A stretch of 64,000 nucleotides of DNA from an uncultured cyanobacterium (GTDB lineage Bacteria > Cyanobacteriota > Cyanobacteriia > Cyanobacteriales > CAWUOF01): contig CAVUSO010000001.1 in assembly GCA_963744145.1 (NCBI GenBank), forward strand, positions 1,376,001 to 1,440,000, in the 5' to 3' direction. The translations under genes and the position numbers were made by a program. Under the pieces are notes generated by a model. That model saw only the letters and a program-made list of their open reading frames with translations. It did no database searches and had not been told where the DNA came from. This document shows, in pieces, positions 41,328 through 52,388 of the stretch. Every line of letters starts with the position of its first letter. Position 1 is the first letter of the stretch.

Positions 41328-44132
41328 TCATTGCGATCGCATAATTGATTCAAGGAATTTAATAATACCAGTATCATCAAAATCTTCTGCAAAATCAATT
41401 AAACGAGTAGCAAAAGATTGATATTCAGGGTTCAACTGTTCTAGCCGATTAGCTTCATTTATAATCATATCCACATCACCAATTCTACTAGCTTGATAAA
41501 TTTTTTCTAGTTCTGTTGTTGGTGGAAATATTATTTTTGGTTGATTTACTGCTTCTACTTCTTCATAGTTCCAAGTTAGTTGTAAATGATTGGCTAATAG
41601 ATTAAATAAATCTTGGGCATTAACTGGTTTAGCTAAGAAAGCATCACCACCCGAATCTAGACTCATTTGTTGATCTACTTGTGCTACTGAAGCTGAGGAA
41701 ACGAATACTTTTAAATGCTTTAAATTTTCATCATTTCGTAATTGTTTAAGAAATTCAAACCCATCCATTACGGGCATTGCTAAATCTGTAATTACTAAAT
41801 CGGGTAGATTTTCCCGGATTTTCTTTAAGCCGATTTGTCCGTTTTCAGCATCAATCACTCCAAAACCAATTGGGGATAATAAATTGACAATTACTGCTCG
41901 ATTTTCCCAGCGATCGTCTACAACTAATATTTGTTTTTTATTCCCATTATAACTAATAATATTTCCAGCCTTACTGGTTGGTCGCTGTGCCCGTTCGACC
42001 TGTAATGGTAGTTCGACTTCAAAAAAGAATTTACTCCCAACTCCCAAGGTACTCTCAACTTTAATTTCTCCCCCCATCATCTGCACAATTTGCTGACTAA
42101 TTGCTAATCCTAATCCGGTTCCTTCTGCTTGACGAGTACGATCGCCTACTTGTTGAAATGCTTGGAATAGTTTTTGAATATTTTCCGCACTAATCCCAAC
42201 TCCCGTATCTGTAATCGAAAAGCGTAGGTAAGTAAATAGATTCGGATTAGTATTTGAGTTTAATTGTTCAACTTTAAGAGTAACACTACCTTGATCAGTA
42301 AATTTAATCGCATTACCTAAGAGATTAATTAATACCTGACGTAACCTTTTCTCATCAGCAATAATACCATGAGGTAAATTAGGATCTGGTAGATAATAAA
42401 AATCGATCGCTTTTTGTTGGGCACGAATTTGGGAGATTTCCACAACTCCTTGGATTAGAGATGGTAAGTGAATCGCATTAGGAACAAGCTCAACTTTACG
42501 AGCTTCAATTTTAGCTATGTCCAGAACATCATTAATTAAAGTCAGTAAATGAGACCCACATTCGTGAATAATATTGACTTGATGTTTTTCTTTCTCAGGA
42601 ATAGTTTTGGAACGTCCCAGAATTTCGGCATACCCTAAAATACCATTCAATGGTGTTCTTAGTTCGTGACTCATATTAGCCAGAAATTCACTTTTAGCTT
42701 GATTAGCACTATCCGCTAATTGTTTAGCTTGTTTGAGTTCGGTGGTACGTTCTTCAACTCGTTTTTCCAGTTCGATATTGGTATTTTCGAGGAAACTGAA
42801 AGCAGCTTGGAGTTGACTACTCATTTCATTGAAAGTTTGTCCTAGTTGATCTAGCTCTTTAATGTTTTCTGGTTGGATTTGTTGGTCAAGATTACCTCTA
42901 GTGATTTCTTCGGATGCTTTATTTAAACGGGCAATAGGTTGTAAAATCCATCGGGATGTATAGATACCAGAGTTTACTGCTATAATTAAAGCCAAGATAC
43001 ATAGAAAAATAGTAGTACGAGAGTTGGCATTAATTCGCTCCATAAAATCAGATTCAGGTACCACCACTACAATGAGCCAATCCAACCCAAATTTATCTTT
43101 AAACGGTAGTACCTGAAGAAAGTTGCGTTGACCATCTTTGGTAAATTCAAGTTGCTGGTCGTGGTTGATTTTGCCGATTTCGCCAAATTCGGAGGTTAAA
43201 TATTGACTAGCTTGATTAATCAACGCATCATTAGTTTCTTGGGGTTTAAGTCGCTGGAAAGTTTTTTGACCAATAGACTGCTGACTACTTAGAAAAAGGA
43301 TTGGTTTTGCTTGAGAACTTGCTACTAATTTTTCATCTCTTTCCACAATAAAAACTTTTCCTGACTTTCCCACTTGTAGACTTTGTAAAAATTTACTGAT
43401 CTCTAAAAGATAAAGATTAACAGAAAAAATGCCTAATTGGTGATTATTTTTATCAAATATGGGACGATAGGCGCTAATAGCAAGAGTTTCATTATTACCA
43501 ATTGGAAAAATTTCACTCCATCCTGGTTGGGTCGTTTTTAGTCCTTTTTTATACCAGCTCTTTGTCCTCAGATCATAGTTGGGTGTTGTCTCCAAAAAAT
43601 TGATTCGATTACCATCTTGGTCTACAGAATAGTCAGAATATTGATTGGGAGAAGAGTGATCTGATATGGAAATACGCACTTGTTTATTTTTCGTATGAAT
43701 CCCTCTCATATCTCTCTGTAAATTAGCAAATAAAATATAACTTACCGTCGAGTTAACTTCTAATAGTTGAAAGTAGAGATGACGCTCTATAGCTGAGAAG
43801 TCTTGTAAATCTAATTTACCCAGACGAACATCATTCGCACTAATAAGATTAATCAAATGAGGGGTAGCTAAATAGGTATTGAGATACTGCTTAACCCTTG
43901 CACCAATCTCAGTTTGTAGCTGATTCGCCACATCATTAACTGTCTTTTGTCCGTTCAGTAAAGACAACCATCCGGTCAATCCAACCGCAGCAAATATTTG
44001 GATAATAAATGGTGCAATTAGGATTAATCTTAGAGGGATTGAATGGATATTCGGCGATCGCTTAGTCGAGTCTGGTTTTTTAACTTTCACCAGATCCGAT
44101 GTACTAGCTTTGGCTGATTGTTTAGTTACCAT
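41328..44132 (-). CDS. Membrane hybrid sensor kinase (Cache-like - HAMP - HK - receiver)
   Basis: TM segments, [34 protein letters not shown]...TDLAMP...AKP. Confidence 0.9.
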   Translation of the reverse strand: MVTKQSAKASTSDLVKVKKPDSTKRSPNIHSIPLRLILIAPFIIQIFAAVGLTGWLSLLNGQKTVNDVANQLQTEIGARVKQYLNTYLATPHLINLISANDVRLGKLDLQDFSAIERHLYFQLLEVNSTVSYILFANLQRDMRGIHTKNKQVRISISDHSSPNQYSDYSVDQDGNRINFLETTPNYDLRTKSWYKKGLKTTQPGWSEIFPIGNNETLAISAYRPIFDKNNHQLGIFSVNLYLLEISKFLQSLQVGKSGKVFIVERDEKLVASSQAKPILFLSSQQSIGQKTFQRLKPQETNDALINQASQYLTSEFGEIGKINHDQQLEFTKDGQRNFLQVLPFKDKFGLDWLIVVVVPESDFMERINANSRTTIFLCILALIIAVNSGIYTSRWILQPIARLNKASEEITRGNLDQQIQPENIKELDQLGQTFNEMSSQLQAAFSFLENTNIELEKRVEERTTELKQAKQLADSANQAKSEFLANMSHELRTPLNGILGYAEILGRSKTIPEKEKHQVNIIHECGSHLLTLINDVLDIAKIEARKVELVPNAIHLPSLIQGVVEISQIRAQQKAIDFYYLPDPNLPHGIIADEKRLRQVLINLLGNAIKFTDQGSVTLKVEQLNSNTNPNLFTYLRFSITDTGVGISAENIQKLFQAFQQVGDRTRQAEGTGLGLAISQQIVQMMGGEIKVESTLGVGSKFFFEVELPLQVERAQRPTSKAGNIISYNGNKKQILVVDDRWENRAVIVNLLSPIGFGVIDAENGQIGLKKIRENLPDLVITDLAMPVMDGFEFLKQLRNDENLKHLKVFVSSASVAQVDQQMSLDSGGDAFLAKPVNAQDLFNLLANHLQLTWNYEEVEAVNQPKIIFPPTTELEKIYQASRIGDVDMIINEANRLEQLNPEYQSFATRLIDFAEDFDDTGIIKFLESIMRSQ

Positions 44133-44522
44133 TGTGGTTTTTGTGGGGAGCCTTTATGGCTAGAATACACTAAGACTTGATCTGAGAGTGATCGAGCCAG
44201 ATCTTGTAGAGGATTTAATTAATCCGATCGCTTTTTCCTAAATTCTTGATCCCATCAGTATAAATCCGAAGATTAATTCTAATACCATAGGTTAAGAATT
44301 ATTGCTTCAGTGAAAATACGGAATCAAGCTCGTGATAAGCTTGAGCCACAAAGGCAGAAAAGCATGATCCTTAAATAAAAATATGGCTTTCAAGAATGCC
44401 GGACAAGTCTTGGTAGGGTATGGGGGAAGTTAAGTCAATCAATTGAGTGACAAAAATACCACGAATCATCGTTGTTATAGCTCATTTCTCAGTCTAATCA
44501 AACACTCATCGAAGGATAGTCT

Positions 44523-45714
44523 ATGAACGAAGCTTACATTGTTTCAGCAGTACGGACCCCCATAGGTCGTTTTGGCGGTGCCCTAGCCGAATTATCCCCT
44601 GCGGATCTCGGCGCACACGCGATAAAAGCAGCTTTAGATAAGGCCGAATCTACCAGCGTCAGCACTGGAATTATATATTTTTGGTAATGTCTTGGGGGCA
44701 GGACATGGACAATTAGTCCCTCGTCAAGCAGCACTTAAAGCTGGAATTCCTGCTGAGATTGATGGTTATCGGGTAGATATGGTCTGCTCTTCTGGGATGA
44801 TGAGTGTGATTAATGCTGCTAGAACGATCAGTGCTGGGGATGCAGATCTAGTCTTAGCTGGTGGGATAGAATCTATGTCTCAAACGGGATTTTATCTATC
44901 CCATCGGGCCCGTTGGGGATATAAATTTCTGTTAGGTGCTCCAGAGCAGTTAAATGATCTCGTCTTGAATGATGGACTGACTGATGCGACCACCGGTGAA
45001 GTCATGGGTATTCAAGTTGATCGTCTCTCTGTTGACCGTGGAGTCACTCGAGATGAATTAGATGCTGTAGCGGTAGAATCCCATCTCCGCGCTGCCGCAG
45101 CCACCGAAAAAGGCTATTTCAAAAATGAGATTGCACCGATCAAAATTACTGTCAAAAAAGAAACCAAAGTAATTGATACGGATGAAGGTATCCGTCCTGA
45201 TAGCAGTGCCGCTAGTTTAGGAAAATTACGTCCAGCATTCAACTCTGATGGTATACTTACTGCTGGTAACAGTAGTCAAATTTCTGATGGAGCCGCAGCC
45301 CTGATTTTAGCTAGTGAGAAAGCAATTAAAGAATATGGACTCAAACCGATCGCTAAGGTCTTAGGAGGAAGTTGGGCTGGTGGAGTAACCTGGCGTTTCC
45401 CTGAATATACAGTCCATGCCACGAAAAAACTGCTGAACCAGCTCAAAATGCAGATCAGTGATTTCGATCTGTTTGAAAATAATGAAGCGTTCGCCCTCAA
45501 TAACATCCTGTTTGAAAGGGATTTAGAGGTCGCCCACGATCGCCAAAATATCTATGGTGGGGCGATCGCCCTCGGACACCCCATTGGTGCATCCGGAGCG
45601 CGGGTAATTGTCACCCTGATCAATGCTTTATCCACAGAGAATAAAGCTCGAGGTTTAGCGGCAATTTGTCATGGGACTGGTGGGGGTACTGCCTTTGCCA
45701 TCGAACGAGTTTAA
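44523..45714 (+). pseudogene. phaA: Acetyl-CoA acetyltransferase (beta-ketothiolase) PhaA with an apparent +1 frameshift near 44646
   Basis: ATG 44523 gives MNEAYIVSAVRTPIGRFGG...ALDKA. One extra base shifts it out of frame from NLPASALELYIFGNVLGAGHGQ. Catalytic VCSSG, NEAF, GHPIGASG and CHGTGGG lie downstream. Could be a sequencing error. Confidence 0.85.
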
Positions 45715-45784
45715 ACCATAATTTGGAGTCAATTGAAATCAATTTTGACTCTTCAACCATTGAGATAGGAGTGCAGAAGTTATT

Positions 45785-46501
45785 ATGGTATCCTTGGGAT
45801 TAGAAGATAAAGTCATTGTTGTCACTGGTGGCAATCGGGGGATAGGTGCCGCAATGGTTTCCTTATTCACCGATTTAGGGGCAAAGGTAGCTTATACAGA
45901 TATTGCGATCGATAACACCAAAGGCTTAGGAGTTAAAGCTGATGTTACCGATCTCGCTTCGATGGAAGCAGCAGGAAAAGAGATCGTCGAAAAACTCGGA
46001 CCTGTTTATGGGGTAGTTGCTAATGCTGGAATTACCCGGGATGACTTTTTTAATAAGCTCACTCCTGAAGCTTGGGATGTAGTGATTAATGTCAACCTCA
46101 AAGGGGTGGTAAATACCATTAAACCCTTTATTCAGGGAATGTATGACCAAAACCAAGGTTCGATCATTGCGATTAGTTCCATTACTGGTGAACGTGGTAA
46201 TGCGGGACAGACTAACTATGGTGCTACCAAAGCCGCGGTGATTGGGATCATTAAATCCTTAGCCCGGGAAGGCGCGCGTTATAATGTACGTGCCAATGCG
46301 ATCGCTCCTGGTTTTATCAATACAGAAATGACGAAAGCCGTTCCGGATAAAGTCAAAGAGAAAATTTACACGGAAATTCCTTTCCGTCGTTTTGGTGAAC
46401 CAGAAGATATCGCTTGGGCTGCTGCTTATCTCTTATCTCCAGTTGCTAGCAATTACGTTTCTGGACAAGTTCTCCGAGTTAATGGTGCCCACCATACCTA
46501 A
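45785..46501 (+). CDS. phaB: Acetoacetyl-CoA reductase PhaB (SDR family)
   Basis: TGGNRGIG, NAGITRD, GQTNYGATK. Sits between phaA and phaE. Confidence 0.88.
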   Translation: MVSLGLEDKVIVVTGGNRGIGAAMVSLFTDLGAKVAYTDIAIDNTKGLGVKADVTDLASMEAAGKEIVEKLGPVYGVVANAGITRDDFFNKLTPEAWDVVINVNLKGVVNTIKPFIQGMYDQNQGSIIAISSITGERGNAGQTNYGATKAAVIGIIKSLAREGARYNVRANAIAPGFINTEMTKAVPDKVKEKIYTEIPFRRFGEPEDIAWAAAYLLSPVASNYVSGQVLRVNGAHHT

Positions 46502-46629
46502 AGTGGCAAAAAAACCTTAAGTCAAGGAAATTTTCCTAAACCCAATTCATGGTTCAAGATTGATGATAATGTTGACTCGCAATCTCAGAACCATGAGTTC
46601 AATGACTATCAATCTGAATGGAGGGAAAA

Positions 46630-47634
46630 ATGGCCAGTTCTGATGTGAATAAAGATTGGACTGATATCGCTAGTGAGGTAGTCGGTCGATGGACAGAAAC
46701 CAGCACTTTAATGTGGAAAAACTGGTTTGATTTAATGAGTTTAGTCCCGACAGAAATCGCTAGCACTGAGACTGTTCCTGAATTGAAAGATGTGAGTAAA
46801 AAATTTTTAGGGAATCGGGAATTAGCGATCGATTTTCTCCAACTATCTATCGATGCTTGGAAAAGTATTTTGCCCCAAGTTAAAGCCGGAGATGACTGGC
46901 AACATACTTTAAACAAATCGATTGAAAAAATGCGAGAGCAGTTCAATAAATTCTCTTTGGGAGCGATCAGAATCGGTCAGGATTCTACCGAATTATGGGA
47001 AGTTTATCTCCAGCAAATGCAGAAATTTAACCAGCTTTGGGTATCTTCCTGGGGATTTACAGAACTTTTGGGTCAAGCCTCAACTGGCAAAAGTTCTGCT
47101 TTAATTGAGATGAATAATCTTTACTGGGATTTGCTCTACAATAAAGGTTTTGGCTCTTTGATGCAAACGCCTTCTCTCGGACTGTCCAGAGAGATTAACG
47201 GCAAAGTCATGGACAATTTTGAGAGTTGGCGTCATCTCTACCAAGCGAGTGCTGACTATCAGGTGGTTTTAGGGGAGATTCAAGTTAAATCCTTTGAAGC
47301 TTTGATCAGAAAGCTAGTTCTCTTAACTGAGGAAGGAAAAACTGTCAAAGACTGGCGCGAGTTTCAAACTATTTGGAGTGAAGTCGCTGATCAGGTTTTT
47401 GAAAATGCTTTTTTTCATGAAAAAAATCTCAAAATTCGAGGTAAATTCTTAAATGCGTTGAATTCTTATCGCATTAAAGAACAAGAATTAAAGGAAGTTT
47501 ATCTGAAAATGATGAATGTACCATTGCGAAGTGAAGTGGATGAAATTCACCAGACTATCTATGAGTTACGCAAGGAAGTTAAGCGGCTCAAAAAAATAGT
47601 AGGAAGTTCGGAAAGTAATTCCGTTATGGGTTAG
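46630..47634 (+). CDS. phaE: Class III PHA synthase subunit PhaE
   Basis: PSLGLSRE and C-terminal NVPLRSEVDEIHQTIYELRKEV. Precedes phaC. Alternative start at 46618. Confidence 0.9.
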   Translation: MASSDVNKDWTDIASEVVGRWTETSTLMWKNWFDLMSLVPTEIASTETVPELKDVSKKFLGNRELAIDFLQLSIDAWKSILPQVKAGDDWQHTLNKSIEKMREQFNKFSLGAIRIGQDSTELWEVYLQQMQKFNQLWVSSWGFTELLGQASTGKSSALIEMNNLYWDLLYNKGFGSLMQTPSLGLSREINGKVMDNFESWRHLYQASADYQVVLGEIQVKSFEALIRKLVLLTEEGKTVKDWREFQTIWSEVADQVFENAFFHEKNLKIRGKFLNALNSYRIKEQELKEVYLKMMNVPLRSEVDEIHQTIYELRKEVKRLKKIVGSSESNSVMG

Positions 47635-47789
47635 ATCATTAGTAGCGAGAAGTTGGAGATGCTCAAGAGAGATTACTGATGCTCAACCCAGGATTGTTAG
47701 CCAATTCCCTATCTCTACAGTTAACCGGGAATAATTATGACTAACACTCACAAGTTCTAACCTTACCTTTAGGGAGTAACGTCAAAGCT

Positions 47790-48882
47790 ATGCTACCTTT
47801 TTTAACTCAAATCCAATTGGAAGATGTTGCCCATGAATATCTGGAGATCACTAAGAAAATGATCAAAGGAATGGACAATTTAAGCCAACTCCGCGAAGAA
47901 GATATTGAAAGCGGTGTCTCACCGAAAGAAATTGTTTATCAAGAAGATAAAGTTGTTCTTTATCGGTTTAAATCAGAAGTTAGGAATGTGTCTGTTCCTT
48001 TATTGATGGTTTACGCTTTGGTAAATCGTCCTTTTATGGTAAGATCTGGAAGAAGGCAAATCTTTAGTAGCTAATTTGCTGAAATTGGGGTTAGATGTCT
48101 ATTTAATTGATTGGGGTTATCCCAGTCGAGCCGATCGCTGGTTGACCTTAGATGATTATATCAATGGTTATATCAACAATTGTGTTGATTTCCTGCGTGA
48201 GCGATATCAAATAGACAAAATTAATATGTTGGGGATCTGTCAAGGAGGTACATTTAGTACCTGTTACAGTTCTCTTTATCCCGAAAAGGTCAAAAACCTG
48301 ATTACGATGGTTGCTCCCTTTGATTTTTATCAACCAAAAACCTTGTTAAATATGAGGGGGGGCTGTTCTTTAGGTCCTGAAGCGATCGATGTGGATCTCA
48401 TGGTTGATGCTTTAGGAAATGTCCCAGGAGATTTTCTCAATTTAGAGTTTTTGATGCTCAAACCACTTCAGTTAGGTTATCAGAAGTATCTGAGTTTTCC
48501 TGATCTGCTGGAAAGTAGAGAGAAACTTACTAGTTTCATGCGGATGGAGAAGTGGATTTTTGATAGTCCGGATCAAGCGGGAGAAACCTATCGTCAGTTT
48601 ATGAAAGATTTCTATCAACAGAATAAACTGATCAAAGGAGAGGTGATGATTGGGGATAAACGGGTGGATTTAAAAAATGTTACTATGCCCGTTTTGAATC
48701 TTTATGCTGAGAAGGATCATTTAGTCCATCCAGTTTCTTCCCTAGCTCTGCAAAAATATATATCTTCTACAGATTATACTGCTCAAGGATTTCCAGTTGG
48801 ACATATTGGGATGTATGTCAGTGGAAAAGTCCAACGGGATTTACCTCCGACGATTGTGAATTGGTTGAGACAAAGATGCTGA
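47790..48882 (+). pseudogene. phaC: Class III PHA synthase subunit PhaC with an apparent +1 frameshift at 48041-48042
   Basis: ...YALVNRPFMV, then an extra A, then DLEEGKSLVANLLKLGLDVYLIDWG. Lipase box GICQGG, catalytic D (EKDHLV) and H (GHIG). Could be a sequencing error. Confidence 0.88.
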
Positions 48883-48915
48883 TCTCGATCGCTAGATTTG
48901 GTTAGATCATAGCAA

Positions 48916-48946
48916 AAATCCCTCAGTAGTTAGAGCTGAGGGATTT
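48916..48946. terminator. Stem-loop between convergent phaC and the phasin-like gene
   Basis: AAATCCCTCAG - 9-nt loop - CTGAGGGATTT, flanked by A/T runs. Confidence 0.65.
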
Positions 48947-48999
48947 AATTATGCAGAAATTCAATCTAGTTGAACGCAACTTTATTGATGATTCTATTT

Positions 49000-49133
49000 C
49001 AATACGGTTCAGTTAAGGATATTTTGGGAGATATCGGCGAAGAAGGGTGAAGCATTCGGATATAAATTACTTCGTTTAAGTGATAAATTATCGCTAAACA
49101 TGCTTCACCCCTACGCTTAACTGAACCGGATTG
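49000..49133 (-). mobile_element. 134-bp family-A MITE in reverse orientation
   Basis: CAATACGGTTCAGTTAAG ... CTTAACTGAACCGGATTG. TSD GATTCTATTT / GATACTATTT (9/10). Confidence 0.88.
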
Positions 49134-49137
49134 GATA

Positions 49138-49392
49138 CTATTTACCTGTTTTCCGCATTAGCTCAAAATAACCTTCCCAAAATTTCTTTTGTGTTTCCAG
49201 GGAAAGCTTAATTGCTGTTTCTTGTGCTTGTAGGTACTGACTGACTACTTCTTCTTGCGCTTCGATTCCTTTACCTAGATCTGGCGTTTTGGGACTAGCA
49301 GAACTGGAAACGCTAGAGAGCCATGTCTCAAAAAATTTCTTTTGCCACTCGTTAAGTTGATTTTGGTAGTCGTCAAAAATTTTGTTACTCAT
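49138..49392 (-). CDS. Probable cyanobacterial phasin (PhaP-like)
   Basis: 84-aa amphipathic helical protein (EWQKKFFETW...QKKFWEGYFELM) next to phaEC. Confidence 0.65.
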   Translation of the reverse strand: MSNKIFDDYQNQLNEWQKKFFETWLSSVSSSASPKTPDLGKGIEAQEEVVSQYLQAQETAIKLSLETQKKFWEGYFELMRKTGK

Positions 49393-49647
49393 AAAATTCT
49401 CCTGTTAGATCCCCCATTAACTGAATGAGGAAAAAGAATGGCATTATATACCATTTCCTTAGTTTCAAGTCTCAGTTTTTCTTGTGGATAGGAAACCTGA
49501 GCTAAACCCTATCAAATTATTTTTGGTTGTTTTTTCCACTTTCTTGATAATAGCAAATTTTTTAAATATTATCTTGATTTTAATGTTAAAAAATGCTAAT
49601 ATCAATTTATGATATAATTGTGTTTGATTAATCATCTGTATAGGTAG

Positions 49648-49911
49648 ATGATGCTGAATCAACCAATTAACCAAATAATCGTTCTTGACCGATCACCTCA
49701 TGGATCGGTCAACTTGAAAATATTTTCGCCTGACTTAAATAATCAGGATAATAATTTTAATGCTCAGGAACATAAATCTGAAGCAAAAATTCATCTTTTC
49801 CGTTTAAGTGACTGGATTGGGGATGGTCCAGCTTTATTTTTATGGGGATCTTTGTGGTTTATTCCACTTTTATTTATAGCCATTTTTCTCTGGCGTCGCC
49901 GCCGAAATTAA
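49648..49911 (+). CDS. Hypothetical small protein with a C-terminal TM helix and basic tail
   Basis: LFLWGSLWFIPLLFIAIFLWRRRRN. No family recognised. Confidence 0.35.
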   Translation: MMLNQPINQIIVLDRSPHGSVNLKIFSPDLNNQDNNFNAQEHKSEAKIHLFRLSDWIGDGPALFLWGSLWFIPLLFIAIFLWRRRRN

Positions 49912-50076
49912 AATATAATTAAAAGGGTAAGTAGGGCAAGCTGGGGTCAGAAAAGTTTAATGATTATTGAACATTTTTGGGAACATTTTTCGGTTATACT
50001 GGCGAAGTCTGTGCCGATGAATTAGCCGACCATTTGACCAGAGAGCTGTCTATCCCCATTACGCCCAAATTTTAGC

Positions 50077-50092
50077 TGTAATCTAAATCACA
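50077..50092. promoter_or_regulatory. CRP/NtcA-family-like binding site
   Basis: TGTAA-TCTAAA-TCACA: one mismatch to the CRP box TGTGA-N6-TCACA and one mismatch to the NtcA box GTA-N8-TAC. Confidence 0.35.
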
Positions 50093-50209
50093 TCAATATT
50101 CGCAACATCATCACAAAGTTTTAAAACTAACGTCACTCATGGATTCAGGAATAAGGCTGATACTAAATGTATCGCAATAAACATACTTTTAAATCGGCCA
50201 GGGTGAATT

Positions 50210-50431
50210 ATGATTCGTAAAGTTGTCCAACAGATTTTCCAAAATGGCTACATCACGATCGAAGCAGAACAGCAACTAAAGTTACTATTTGAAAATGGTT
50301 GTGATTTAGAAGACTTGGATGCTCTGACTGATTTACAACAAGCTGTGATGTATGGTCATATTAAACGAGTATCTCGTCATAAGCGGGAATGCAACTATAT
50401 GAAGCAACCAGTCGGTTTATTGTCAAGATAA
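50210..50431 (+). CDS. Small conserved cyanobacterial-type hypothetical protein
   Basis: MIRKVVQQ...GYITIEAEQQL...DLEDLDAL..LQQA pattern. Confidence 0.7.
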   Translation: MIRKVVQQIFQNGYITIEAEQQLKLLFENGCDLEDLDALTDLQQAVMYGHIKRVSRHKRECNYMKQPVGLLSR

Positions 50432-50451
50432 GTGAGGGCGATCGCCCTCAC
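50432..50451. terminator. Perfect 20-bp palindrome centred on HIP1 between convergent genes
   Basis: GTGAGGGCGATCGCCCTCAC, directly after the stop of 50210-50431. Confidence 0.5.
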
Positions 50452-50476
50452 CTTAAGTTCCATCAACCAGAATATT

Positions 50477-52264
50477 TTATATTTTCGGCTTATAAGTAGA
50501 ACTGACATGAAGCTCCTTCAACTGTTTATCATCCACATAAGAAGGAGCATTAGTTAATAAACAACGAGCCTGTTGTGTTTTGGGAAAAGCAATGACATCC
50601 CGAATGGATTCTTCACCTGCTAATAACATGACTAACCGATCTAACCCATAAGCGATCCCACCATGGGGAGGTGTACCATATTCAAATGCTTCGAGGAGAA
50701 AACCAAACTTTTGGTCAGCTTCCTCTGGAGATAACCCAATCAGCTCAAATACTTGTTCTTGCAATTCTGCTTGATAAATCCGTAAACTACCACCACCCAC
50801 TTCATAACCGTTATAAATTAAGTCATAAGCTTGAGCGCGAGCAGTTTTGAGATCCCCAAGATCATCTGGATGGGGAGCAGTAAAGGGATGGTGCAGAGCT
50901 TCGAGTCGTTTTTCTTCTGCATTCCATTCAAACATCGGAAAATCTGTTACCCAGAGTAGATTAATTTTATTTGAGTCAATTAACCCTAATTCCTTACCTA
51001 CTAATAGACGTAACCGATCTAAAGTTTTATTGACAACATCAGGAAGTCCAGCACCAAATAGCAACAAATGTCCAGCTTTTGCCCCAGTCCGAGTCAATAA
51101 TTCTTGTTTATCTGCTTCAGTGAGACTATCTTTAATCGCACCGATCGTGTCAATTTCCCCATCATCCCGGACTCGAATATATGCTAAACCCTTAGCACCC
51201 ATTTCCGTTGCAGCTTGAAATAAATCTCCACCTGGTTTAATCCGGACATTAGAAATCGCCGCATTACCTGTAGGAATAGGAAGGATTTTCACGATCCCCC
51301 CTGATGCGATCGCGCCAGAAAAGACTTTAAATGTAGAATCTTTCATTAAATCCGAAACATCTACCAATTCCAACCCAAAGCGAGTATCTGGTTTATCGCT
51401 ACCATATTTACTCATTGCTGCTTTGTAGGTGAGACGGGGAAAAGGTCGAGGTAAGTCAATTCCCTTGACAGATTGAAATATCTGTGCTACTAAATTTTCA
51501 TTTAATTCCAGAATTTCAGCCTGAGACATGAAACTCATTTCCATATCCAGTTGAGTAAATTCCGGTTGTCGATCAGCCCGTAAATCTTCATCACGGAAGC
51601 AACGAGCAATTTGGTAATAGCGGTCAAATCCAGACACCATCAGCAATTGTTTAAATAGCTGGGGAGATTGGGGCAGAGCAAACCATTCACCAGCATTAAC
51701 TCGACTGGGTAAGATATAATCTCGGGCACCTTCAGGAGTGGAACGAGTCAGAACTGGGGTTTCGACTTCAATGAAATTTTCTTGGTCTTCAAGATAGCGA
51801 CGGATCGCTTTGACAACTTGGTGACGCAATTGCAGATTTTGACTCATGCGATCGCGTCGTAAATCTAAATAGCGATATTTGAGACGCAATTCTTCCCGCA
51901 CAGGTTCGTTTTCGGATGTGGCTACTTGAAAGGGTAACTGTTTCCGCACTGAGTTCAGTAACTCAATTTGGTCAGCATAGATTTCCACTTCACCAGTAGC
52001 AATGCGGGGATTAAGAGATGCTTCAGGACGTTGCGTTACCCGACCCGTGATTTTCACCACATATTCACTGCGAAGCTTTTCCGCTTGTGTATAGGAATCG
52101 GGGGTGCGAACTGGGTCACTGACAATTTGCACCACCCCAGTGCGATCGCGCAAATCCAAGAATATTACTCCCCCATGATCCCGACGACGGTCAACCCATC
52201 CGCAGATAGTGACACTTTCTCCAATCTGTTTGCTGAGGAGTTGACCGCAATAGTAGCTTCGCAT
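50477..52264 (-). CDS. aspS: Aspartate--tRNA ligase
   Basis: [53 protein letters not shown] 52264 preferred as start. Confidence 0.97.
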   Translation of the reverse strand: MRSYYCGQLLSKQIGESVTICGWVDRRRDHGGVIFLDLRDRTGVVQIVSDPVRTPDSYTQAEKLRSEYVVKITGRVTQRPEASLNPRIATGEVEIYADQIELLNSVRKQLPFQVATSENEPVREELRLKYRYLDLRRDRMSQNLQLRHQVVKAIRRYLEDQENFIEVETPVLTRSTPEGARDYILPSRVNAGEWFALPQSPQLFKQLLMVSGFDRYYQIARCFRDEDLRADRQPEFTQLDMEMSFMSQAEILELNENLVAQIFQSVKGIDLPRPFPRLTYKAAMSKYGSDKPDTRFGLELVDVSDLMKDSTFKVFSGAIASGGIVKILPIPTGNAAISNVRIKPGGDLFQAATEMGAKGLAYIRVRDDGEIDTIGAIKDSLTEADKQELLTRTGAKAGHLLLFGAGLPDVVNKTLDRLRLLVGKELGLIDSNKINLLWVTDFPMFEWNAEEKRLEALHHPFTAPHPDDLGDLKTARAQAYDLIYNGYEVGGGSLRIYQAELQEQVFELIGLSPEEADQKFGFLLEAFEYGTPPHGGIAYGLDRLVMLLAGEESIRDVIAFPKTQQARCLLTNAPSYVDDKQLKELHVSSTYKPKI

Positions 52265-52388
52265 GTTAAAAAAAAATAGAACGGTGGAATGAATTATGTT
52301 AACGCCGATATTTGCTATAAATACTGGCGTTTTCATTATGCAACATGATGGATGATCATTGAACAAAAGTTCGCTGGGTCTAATCACC

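Noticed and set aside
52265..52387. 41-aa N-terminal extension of AspRS
   Set aside because: The typical AspRS start (MRS.YCG) is at 52264, and the extension fills the intergenic gap.
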